A DNA stretch of 64,000 nt, from the NCBI GenBank assembly GCA_964187785.1, contig OZ076411.1, positions 41,788,001-41,852,000 on the forward strand, in the 5' to 3' direction. Made by a program: the position numbers and the translations under genes. Below the pieces are notes generated by a model. The model ran no database searches, was not told the origin of the DNA, and saw only the letters and a list, made by a program, of their open reading frames with translations. How positions within the stretch are numbered: the stretch's first letter is position 1; the number at the start of each line of letters is the position of its first letter. The DNA is from Amphiscolops sp. MND2022 (lineage: Eukaryota). Shown here one piece after another: positions 55,401 through 64,000 of this stretch.

Positions 55401-56168
55401 TAATCATGCGTCCGAATCGTCCGGCTCTTTTCTGTTGCCAACCCCCCCCACCACCAAATTTTTTGAAAATATCTTTCCCTAAAAACTTTAGACTAGCCTA
55501 ATTAAAAATAAAACCTTCTATCATAACATGAAGTTAACTTCTATTACAGTAGTTTTCCGCTTGAACAAAACATTGTTCACACATTTTGACTATGATTATG
55601 TTCGTATTAAGTGTTTATTGGTGATTCAAAGCAGGGAGCTGTTGATATCTTCATCAAAAATGCGTAACTACATAGGGAAAAAGTGTGAACAAAGTTTCTA
55701 TTTGAATCCTAACCTATCACCGTGAGAATAAATTTAAAACTGAAGCTTTCTGGTTTGTATTCAAGTCTATTTGTTATAAGATTTCCACTAATTTTCCAAA
55801 AAAAATTGGTGGTGGGGGGAAAACAGAAAAGAGCCAATCGTCCCCACTAGTCTCTGCCATGACTGCTCGTTTTCATTTCCGCGTAGAAGATCCTTGAATG
55901 TTTTAGAACATCTCGATTTCATCCCACGCTCAAGTATGCTCAGCGATTTTATCCACACGTGCACAATATGGATGGATTCTTCATTTGCAAGTTGCAGAAA
56001 ACTGCTGAAGGCGTAAAAACGACATTTATCGAAGAGGAAAATGAATTCGAAGAAGAGGAGACGAAAACTAAAAAGGCAAAATTGAAAAGAAAAGCAAAAG
56101 ATGAAGATGACGACAGTTTTGGTGAAGATGAGGAAGAAAGTGAAGCAGATACAGACTCATCGGATTAA
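37082..56168 (+). CDS. NOP2: NOP2/NSUN1 rRNA cytosine-C5 methyltransferase, spliced CDS: 37082-37400, 37803-38746, 39072-39195, 39547-39781, 55907-56168 (1884 nt, 627 aa)
   Basis: PIGATPEYLAGHY, LDLCAAPGMKT (motif I), FDRVLVDAPCSGTG (IV), YSTCS (VI), RFHP..RFYPHVHNMDGFFICK. Basic and acidic N-terminus. Intron phases are consistent. Confidence 0.95.
37803..38746 (+). CDS. NOP2: NOP2 exon 2
   Basis: Acidic tract, then YYSYN-like, RTRRKDLAQALINRGVNLDP-like and motif I segments; GCT|gttagc donor. Confidence 0.93.
39072..39195 (+). CDS. NOP2: NOP2 exon 3
   Basis: VICSVDGR..FDRVLVDAPCSGTGVASKD; |gtgagt donor. Confidence 0.93.
39547..39781 (+). CDS. NOP2: NOP2 exon 4
   Basis: [46 protein letters not shown]. 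Confidence 0.93.
39790..39960 (-). mobile_element. tRNA(Glu-like)-derived SINE
   Basis: Minus strand has A box TGGCATAGTGG and B box GTTCGAGTCC. The body gggactcatagtc..ttagatataaaaccaaactacta is shared with the copy at 54940-55095. Confidence 0.8.
40050..40318 (+). pseudogene. Membrane-anchored EGF-like (ErbB-ligand-type) growth-factor gene, intronless, with two lesions
   Basis: N-terminal hydrophobic segment, then C-x7-C-x5-C-x10-C-x-C-x8-C (CPDEFTSYCMNGGYCFSLEEQ*TVACECPDLYGEK/CEKILWYS). TAA at 40248 and a 1-nt deletion near 40290. Confidence 0.75.
41075..41540 (+). pseudogene. Polinton-associated small DEDD-exonuclease-like ORF remnant
   Basis: VIDFAGF, NLHGIVWEAGSY, FTKGTE, VVDLDTLGCPK, HCAREK fragments across frameshifts; resembles a recalled family. 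Confidence 0.45.
42317..42890 (+). pseudogene. Polinton A32-like packaging ATPase remnant
   Basis: MALVGPGGSG (damaged Walker A), RTIDLNTTHGILFKSPRD, ATTRPFGHLLIDFDPKT..LRF. Confidence 0.8.
43802..44760 (+). pseudogene. Polinton retroviral-like integrase remnant
   Basis: GPAAYGSARNL, RLKVIAYEINEIW, YLLVAVDVLSRF, KVWSDKGTEFK, AFAKKNIRSLK (catalytic E lost), KPKFNLRDKVRIAK. Confidence 0.85.
44790..45600 (+). pseudogene. Polinton minor capsid (penton-like) remnant
   Basis: FRNLLAHPINLECDWRVALAEIMFPTSI at the N-terminus; IEEIQIELMSITGQKVPF at the C-terminus. Confidence 0.65.
45612..45920 (+). pseudogene. Small basic core/membrane-active protein-like ORF typical of Polintons
   Basis: ARQRESGSGSLA..RVALPFAKKFLLPAVKSIGKEFL..; lies between the penton and major capsid ORFs. 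Confidence 0.5.
45973..47080 (+). pseudogene. Polinton major capsid protein (double jelly-roll) remnant
   Basis: FIDLQNIYLEFKCEI, VNSTFHSLFSDCTV, LYAHKAFIETEFS, YVRKMTL..ARYRYTEII, ENVFSGQPIRRFILAM. Confidence 0.8.
47050..47400 (+). pseudogene. Adenain-like cysteine protease remnant
   Basis: GTHWLLL (catalytic H), FADPLG (D), VCGLYCIYIAH (C). Confidence 0.75.
48248..51850 (+). pseudogene. Protein-primed family B DNA polymerase remnant with endonuclease-VII-like insert
   Basis: DHCHYSGKF..CNLK, PVMAHNSSNYD (exo), LLDANRLYGGIM (motif A), KLMNNLRFGKT (B), YSQTDS (damaged C), KFKDE, LSAKGV. Many frameshifts. Confidence 0.9.
52680..53265. repeat. GC-richer minisatellite, about 83-bp unit x7
   Basis: Recurring gcggccccataa..aaatggaaa..aaaagcaaaatactgggc..gccgcccc. 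Confidence 0.9.
54366..54741. mobile_element. MITE (376 bp) with 38-bp imperfect TIRs and a 9-bp TSD (MULE/Merlin-type hallmarks)
   Basis: TSD TGCTGCACC at 54357-54365 and 54742-54750. TIR GG(G/T)GAC..TTCAAATCGTAGAATATTCAAA(G/C)CGTCGAA. Confidence 0.85.
54940..55095 (+). mobile_element. tRNA-derived SINE (same family as 39790-39960)
   Basis: A box TGGCCGAGTGG, B box GGTTCGAGTCC, shared 3' body. Confidence 0.8.
55907..56168 (+). CDS. NOP2: NOP2 exon 5
   Basis: ttttag|A-TSRFHPTLKYAQRFYPHVHNMDGFFICKLQK.., TAA. Confidence 0.93.
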
Positions 56169-57813
56169 TTTTTTTTTGTTTTGTTAAAACGCCGACTCAA
56201 ATCCAAATTTAACTTCAGAAGTGGGCAATCTTTTTATTTGAAAGTTAGAGTGGAAGTGAAAAACATTCTCAAGACTGTTTTTTGGCGATGTTCGGAGGTA
56301 CTTGGAGAAGAACCAAAATGTTTTTTTTTTACTAGATCTGAAACATTTTGAAGTGAGGAAAATGACTTGAAGCAGGTCACGTAACTGCTCGAGTGATGTG
56401 TTAAGCTCCTAGTAACTGATTTCAAGACAATCCTAAAGAATTGTTTGCAGAAAAATGACTTAGATTTTTGAAAAAAATCACAGAACACATAATTTTGGTC
56501 ACGAGTAAATATTCGGACTACAGTTATCAACCAAATCACGGAACTTGATTATCTGCAAAGGTGAAGTAATTCTCTGAATTACATTGAATCTGTAGAAATG
56601 GCATATTATTGAGACACTGATTAAGTAAGTTTTTTTCAAACTTGAAATTATGGCTGTGCTGTGATTTTTACCGCACTTGAGCTTTTGTTAAATCAGTCTT
56701 GTCTTTTGGGAACAGAAAAGAAAGAAATTGCCTGGCATGAATATCATCGATAATATTTGAGAAATGAAACAACTATTGTATCGTAGAGTGTATCCTGTGT
56801 GTTGTCAAGAGTGACTACTGATTCTAGCTAAAACTACAATTCCATCCTCACTCGAATCCTAACTTGTATTGGAAAAAGGATTCGTAGATGTTGGGTTCAG
56901 TTTGAAAAAAATACTGGGTTCAGTTTACACTGATTTGCTTTCCGGTCACGTGATTTTACAGTTATCACAATCCACAAAACTTATTAATTTCTAATGATGA
57001 GGTAATTCGCTGAAAAACGTTGAATGTACAAAAATGAGATTGACTTAAGACACTAATCAAGGTATTTTTTCAAACTTTCGAAATTTTGGCTGTGCGATAA
57101 TTTTTACAGCACTCAAGCCTTTTCAGCAAAATTTGCGACTGCTCTTGTAAAAAATGAAAGTTGATTCAGAGTCACAAGAGGCGCAGTGTCAACAGGTTTT
57201 GGCGTATCCTGGTGCATAAGACTTTGTGAATTGTCGATATAGTGGTTTCCAAAAGCCTGTCTTCGGGGGCATTCGGAGCCGTGCATTTTTGGCCCGTAGT
57301 CATTGGTTATCGTCGAAGTTTTTGCATAGCATGTCAACTTGCAGCTAGCAGCCTTTTGTAAGTGGTCTGATGTTTTCCGTTTTTGAAAAAGTCGGAGCAA
57401 GTTCCTTGATCCTTTTCCTAAAATTTTGGGACAATCTATGCAAACTAGAACTAGATAATTGATATCAGCTGACCGAAACTAGATCATGGGTTCGAATCTT
57501 GCCAATGTCAATATTGTTCATCTTGAATTAGACCCACAGCCCCTCCCTTGAAAACGTAATGTCGGATATTTTTAACAATTGCGAGAACATTTTGATCGTT
57601 TTTCAGTGCTGGAAATTTTTTCGTTTCAAAATCGGCCGTATGTTCGTTGGTTTGCTATTCTTAGTTGAAATTTGTTCGAATATTACGCTTTCTATGGTAT
57701 TTTCAACGAAGCTCTTTAAACGCTGGAAAACTAGGAATAATACAAGATGACAGACGTTTCTACAGACACTTCTCTCGTACATTTATGTTAGTGAAACTAA
57801 CTTCTCCGTTTTA

Positions 57814-58347
57814 TTTTTAGTCGGCGCTTTTCGAAGAAAAACGCAGACTATAGTAGTGACTTCTTTTTTTTTTAAGACCAACGAACTGACAGATTTTATA
57901 AATTTTATAAGTTGGCACTAACACTAAACCGGCACTAACACTAAACCGTGTCACACTACTTCACTGCCACTTGGCCACTACGGCTTTTTCGAGGTCTGAC
58001 AAGCAGAAGGACATGGGTTCGAGTCCCGCCATGACCAAAATTTTTTGCGCAATTTTTTTCGGCTTTGTGAGACTTTTTTCGCAAATATCTCCAAAGGGTC
58101 CACCCTTCATTTTTTGTCTATTTTGCAAAAGAATGGATGTTAAAAAACTCCCAAAAAGCCCCATTTTAGATGTTTCGGCACTATGCGACTTACAGGAGAC
58201 CAAAAAAATTTTTTTTTAAATTTCAAAAAAAATCGGAATTTTTTTTCAATTTTTCCTCAAACGGGTACTGTAGAAGAGAATACTTGACACTTTGAAGTCC
58301 TTTTGTTATTTTTGAGCCTTAGATATGGCGCCGACTTGGGCCGTTCC
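57814..58347 (+). mobile_element. HINE-like family 1 (copy G)
   Basis: TTTTTAGTCGGCGC..GCAGACT at the 5' end; GGCGCCGACT then hairpin GCCG-TTCC-CGGC at the 3' end. Confidence 0.65.
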
Positions 58348-59799
58348 CGGCTTGTTTACGAATTACGGTGTCCAGGTACCATAGAATGGGTTGTATTGCT
58401 ATTACGACCAATAGCAAAGTCTAACTTTCTATTGGAACCGCAAAAGGCAACCTATCAAGTTGTAGGAAGCAAGCATTCAAGCGTTAATGATTCAGTGCCA
58501 CAGTCTCTAATAAACGAACTCAAGTGTGCCATTGCCAATTGAAATACCCTACTAGCAAACCAGTCAAAACGTACTGCAGCAACTGCCATCCCAAATTTGT
58601 TTCCCACAAAGGGTGACTGGATTTTATGCCTAGAATAAACAGTCATTACAAAAAATTTAACAAAGGTCCTCTCGTAGCAGGAAACCTGCCTCTCGAAAAG
58701 TTTTATGGAAGTTGCGTCTGAAAGGTGTGGGCGTCCCAATGGCAGCTATTGAGACAAAGAAGCAACTAAACAGGGTACGACAACTGATATTTCTCTATTA
58801 CATGAGAAGAATCAATTGGAAAATCAGCTTTTTCTTCCGGTTTAAGTTTACATTTTGTCATCCCAGTATTGCGAGTTAAACATTAGGATACAGGACTATT
58901 GGAAAAATGCGAAGCCCAATTGTATAACATCGTGGTTAACAGAGAGTGATACCTTAACTGGATAATTTTTTTATAGGTTATCACGCCATAAAATCGAAAA
59001 CGAAATGAGTGGAAAAAGGAAACAACTGATTTCGAAACCAGCCTGGAATTTGTGAAAGCACGTTGAAAACTGGAAAACGTACAATAAAATCAATTTTTGT
59101 ACTATATGAAGACCTGATCAGTAAAGTTTGCTCTTTTGACACCTATTCGAGATATTTTTTTCCAGTTTTACGCAGCTTGAACCATGATAGCATTTTTGCT
59201 GATTGCAACCTTGATACTTTGATTGATGGTTTAAGAATAGGTAATTTGAAAAACTCGTACGGCTTCTCAATATAACCGCGACAGTGATTTCGTCCTCAAA
59301 TGAGGACACCGATTTTTCCCAATCAATGGAAATTATGAAACACAGGAAGATGAAAAATTCTCTTTTTGCTGACATCCCATTGGAGTAACTGGGGTGAGTG
59401 GATATTTGTGTCGAAATAGTTTTTTCCGAGCCACCAACAATTTAGTGGCCGAAAAATTACATTTCAAAAAATTCGAATTTTTCTCAAGACGTTCGCTAAC
59501 CAGCGGGATAATTTCCGCAGCAAACTGTATTACTACATGATTTTGAAGCACAAAAGTAGCAAATGCACTTTGAAAATGCATACAAGTTTAAAGGAACGAA
59601 AGTTTCCGCACTTTTCGATTCATCTCATACTGTTTTTAGTCAGCGGTTCATGAAATAAAACGCGACTATAATACTCTTTTCTTAAATCCTTACGAACTAC
59701 GAACTAACCAAAATAGTTCTACAAAATTTTGAAGGGCCAAAATGTTTCATTTGACACACGGAACTCAACTATAATAGATGTTTCTTTTTAAGCGTATTA

Positions 59800-60236
59800 T
59801 ACGAAACAGGACGAGACTAATTGGTCCCCTTTCATTTTTTCGGCACTGTGAGAATTTTTTCGAGAAATTTTTAATGTCTCCAAAGGGCCCCCTTTAATTT
59901 TGTTGATAATTTGCAACAGAATGGATCTAGGAAAATTCCGAATGTTTCATCTTTTACATTTTTAACCTCAAGGCGACTATTCAAAACTCCTTTTTTAAAA
60001 ATATTTTCGCCGATTTTTTATTGCTTCTGGAGGGTCGGCACTTCAATTTCCTTTTTAGTTTGCAGCAGAATGGATATTAAAAAATCCGAAAGGGTCGCCC
60101 CCCTTTTTAGCGCACCAGTTCGGTCCCCCATTTGGTTTTTTCAGGTACTGTAGAAGAAAATGCTTGACACTTCAAAGTCCTCGTGCTATAATTGAGCCTT
60201 AAGTATGGCGCCCACTTTTGCCGTTCCTCGCATGTT
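59800..60236 (+). mobile_element. HINE-like family 1, diverged 3' part
   Basis: ggtcccc/aaagggccccc core repeats and tail gcttgacacttcaaagtcc..gagccttaagtatggcgcc, as in copy G. Confidence 0.55.
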
Positions 60237-61989
60237 AAAAGAAACACCGGATTTAGGAATTCACTAAGTGCCGAATTGGTTTCTTTGTTGAACTAAGTGA
60301 ATACTAGTACCTGACCTAACTAAGTTTTATACAATTATAAACGCAAAACTCACAAACGTTTTCAAAACTTAAAAAAAATGATATTTTCATCCCTTTCGGG
60401 TCATTTTGGAGCGCTTTACAACAAAATAATATACATATCTTTTTCAAAATGCCAACTCGATACCGGATTCAGTCGATGTTGAAGATTTACATCACTAATC
60501 CCCGGAATAGCTCGCAAGTGTTACAAAAATTGCATGGAAACGTCAAAAACTATTAGGTCTTTAGCGGATTTTCTGCCCCTACCTGGGAAGCTGTAAAATT
60601 TTCCTTTAAAAGGCGTTCGTAATGGGTACTTCTTGGAGATAAAGAAAGAAAAATAAACATTATTCGAAAAAGTTGACATTTTCGAGGAATTTTCTTGAAA
60701 ACTCGGTATTTTCTTTTTTTTTGGCAGTAGGGCAATTTCTTTTCGAAACACATACTGTTAGCTATATGTTTGACCCTGAGCCTATGTGAATTCTCTAATT
60801 TCGGAGAACACTCGGAATTTGTCCAAAATTAGGGGTATGTTGTCGATAAATCAAAAACTTCGAATTTCTGACTGCTTTAGTCTAAAATTCAAGAACTTTG
60901 ACTCAGTTAATTTTGCAAGTAGCGGTTTGAACAGCCCATTGTTCTCCTATTCGCAATGTTCTTGGGGCCGATTCAAATAGAAAATTGTATTTATGTTTTC
61001 AAAAACGACTACTGGATACCTGGATCAGTATTTTTCGCATAATTGAAGTTTGTGTGCAACAAGGTAGGTATAAAGTGTAACGAAAGTTGCTGCAAAAAAC
61101 GTCAACCTTCAAACTTTTTGAATATTTTGTGACATTCTCAAATGGTTTTCATATATGAAATTTGCAAACGTCTGTTTACAAAGCGTGCTGAGAACCTAGA
61201 GTTTTTGTTTTGTCAAAACTTTCAACTCACCAGCTTTTCTAATTTTTAATAGAAAGTCACAGAAACTATCGAGAATCGGAAAAATTCTATATTTTTAAAT
61301 CAAGTTAAGGGCACTTTTGTTTCGAGAAACTGCATTTTTCCATAAAGCCAAGTTGATACCGCGTTCATTCGTTTGTGATTTACCTTTTTTAGCTGACGAA
61401 ACCTATTGACACAAATACCAAACTTGCAAAAAAAAGTTTTCAAAAATTTTGGATTTCCGACTGTTTCTGCCAACCTGTGGTATCGTTCCAGTAAAACTGC
61501 CAATATCCCATGACATGCGTACTACCTGGCTAAATACATTGCTGGCAGCCTAATTAACCTCCTAAATAAAGAAATTTTACCAAAAACTGAACAAAAAATC
61601 TCTAATTGTTTCAAATTTGATTTTTGCGCCTAATTCGGGGAGAATTTGAAGGATTTTACAAAAAATGCGGATATTCCATCGAAAAGCCGATTTGAGAACT
61701 TCTTAAATCTGTTTTTTACGTTTTCAATTTTCCAACCACGAAAAGTTTTGAAATCATCACAAAAAGTACATAGAAAACGATGAAAAATGAACAAAATTAT
61801 TTGATATTTCGTCTCATCTGGAGTCGTTCTGAATTTGTTCTAAAGCACAACACAACAGCTTGTTCATCAAAAAGGTGTACTGTAAAGCTTTTTTCAACGT
61901 TGAACGTTTTTTCAACCCTCTAACCCATAAAACTATTGGAACTTGTACTGAAATTTATGAAAAGGCCAAAAACTGGAAACTCTTGTACC

Positions 61990-62623
61990 TTTTTTAGGAG
62001 TCGGAAAAAATTTTCGACTACTTATGCAATCGTGTTTTTTTTTCTCCCGACCTTTTCATGAAAATTTCAAATTTCTCAAAAACTGTCCATACGATTTTCA
62101 CGAAATTTTGCACAGTCATTCTACACCCAAAGGGGCCCCTGCCTGTGCAAAGGCATCAAAATCGTATGGCTGGGATGTGAGAAACATAGCCAAAATTAGC
62201 CCAAAAATGGCCAAAAAACAGCCATTTTTCGACTTTTTTCGATTTTCTCAAAAACTGTCCATACGATTCGAACGAAATTTTCTACAGTTATTCTACACCA
62301 TATTAGAGTCCTATATGTGCAATGGCATCAAAATCGTATGGCTGGGATGTGAGAAACATAGCCAAAATTAGCCCAAAAATGGCCAAAAAACAGCCATTTT
62401 TCGACTTTTTTCGATTTTCTCAAAAACTGTCCATACGATTCGAACGAAATTTTCTACAGATATTCTACCCCATATTAGAGTCCTATATGTGCAATGGCAT
62501 CAAAATCGTATGGCTGGGATGTGAGAAACATAGCCAAAATTAGCCCAAAAATGGTCAAAAAAGGGCCATTTTTCGACTTCAGAAAAAAAGACCTCAGCCG
62601 ACTCCTTTACCGCACATGCGGCT
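61990..62623 (+). mobile_element. HINE-like family 2 with internal 172-bp tandem repeats
   Basis: TTTTTT-AGGAGTCGG with adjacent IR; 3' CCGACTCCT-TT-ACCGC-ACAT-GCGG. Repeated ORFs at 62322 and 62494 give the 172-bp period. Confidence 0.7.
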
Positions 62624-62912
62624 CTGGTTTAATATTGCGTAAATTTGAAGCATTTTTCTGTATAACAAATGCATTTATTTCTGCACGAAGTCTACTGCAA
62701 ATTAAACGTTTTCATTTCTTGAAATACGATGTCTATCAGAACCAAAATATCACAAACACGAAAAATTCCGAATTTATTGTCAATTTTGGTCTCAATTTGA
62801 GGCATTTTCTAACAAAGACTGCATTTTTTTCAAAAAATCTCCCGGATAACGAATTTTACACTTTTCTAGTGTTTTCAATGATCTAAGCCACGAAGTGTGT
62901 CAAAAATATGAC

Positions 62913-63520
62913 AACAAGACGAGAACGTCTAAAGTCGGCGCTATATTTAAGGCTCAAAATGCGCACAGTGCCGAAAAATGGAAAAAGGGACCCCTTGGTT
63001 TTATTAACATACATTCAGTTGCAAATTATCAAAAAACTCAAAGGGGGACCTTTTTGCGGTAATTTAAAAATTTTCGAAAAATAGTCGCACAGTGCCGAAA
63101 AAATCCAAAAAGGGGACCCTTTAGGCACGTCCAGTTTTGTGGGGTTCCTTCAAAAAGTGGAAAAGGGGGACCCTTTACACTCATCCGGTTTTGTAGGCTA
63201 CGTTTATAAATTAAAAACCAAAGGAGGGACTCTTTGGAGACAATAAAATTTCGAAAAAAAGTCGCACAGTCTCGAGAAAAAATCGAAAGGGGGACCCTTT
63301 AGTCCCCTCCGGTTTTGTAGGTTACGTTTAAAGAGTAAAAAACCTAATGGGGGACCCTTTGGAAAAACTTAGATGCCTTTCCCGGGTATTCGTTTAGTTT
63401 CCTTTAGTTGAACGTTAACGTTCGTCGCTTCGAGTCTGTCTTGAAAAAACGAAAAAAAACCAAAAAAACGAGTGACTGTTATAGTCGGGCTCTTTTATTA
63501 ATAAGAGCGCCGACTAAAAA
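62913..63520 (-). mobile_element. HINE-like family 1 (copy I)
   Basis: caagacgagaacgtctaaagtcggcgcta..agtcgggctc..gagcgccgactaaaaa, with internal ggggaccctt repeats. Confidence 0.7.
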
Positions 63521-64000
63521 TTAGTTGAAAACGTGAAAAAATTAGGAGTTTTTGAAAATCCCGTATCAATTTGAGGGATTTTTAAAATGAAAAACTGCAT
63601 TTACTTTTCAAAAAATCCCTGGACATCGATTTTTATACTTGTCGAACGTTTTAATTTTTCTAGGCCACGAAGTTTATCGAAAACTTGGCAAACTTTGGAT
63701 AAAATTTTTTGAAAAACCCGCTTTCTTCGATTTTTTGTAAAAGTCTGTCGCAAGTTGAACAATATTTCCAGTGAAAAATTGCATTTGTTTTTTTGAACCG
63801 CCTGGCGGACAACGAAATCTCTCTTTTTTGATTTTTTTTTCAATTTTCAAAGCCTACGAAGTTTACCGAAAGTTTAACAAAAATTGCCAACAAAAGGTAA
63901 AAATCTGAAAATTTTGGAATCTTTTGTTTCGGGTCATTCTGGGGTCAACCAAAAAAGTCGCAAAAGTTTTCCAAATACATATCACACGATAATAAATTAA

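Noticed and set aside
62024-62886. Overlapping ORFs with the repeated peptide ASKSYGWDVRNIAK
   Set aside because: They are translations of the 172-bp tandem unit inside a HINE-like element.

Overview
AT-rich eukaryotic (invertebrate animal-like) genomic DNA. It holds two tandem plus-strand host genes that I could reconstruct exon by exon with consistent GT-AG phases: a SEL1L3-like Sel1-repeat membrane protein (10 coding exons, 2569-36208, 1056 aa) and the rRNA m5C methyltransferase NOP2 (5 coding exons, 37082-56168, 627 aa). Their introns are largely transposon-derived. SEL1L3 intron 5 carries a decayed minus-strand PIF1-helicase + GIY-YIG (Helitron-like) element with an internal 1.44-kb tandem duplication and an upstream SGNH-like ORF. 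SEL1L3 intron 8 carries a very young BEL/Pao LTR retrotransposon (24450-31530; 258-bp LTRs differing at one base; GTACC target-site duplication). NOP2 intron 4 (16 kb) carries a decayed Polinton/Maverick-like virus (ATPase, integrase, capsids, protease, protein-primed PolB) preceded by an ErbB-ligand-type EGF pseudogene. Many HINE/DINE-1-like elements, MITEs and tRNA-derived SINEs are scattered through the window. Top finding: between pol and the 3' LTR, the BEL/Pao element carries an intact, intron-containing, antisense JmjC (Fe/2-oxoglutarate dioxygenase) gene resembling KDM2/KDM7-type histone demethylases. It is a candidate retrotransposon-encoded anti-silencing system. All family assignments come from motif recognition by eye; no database searches were run.
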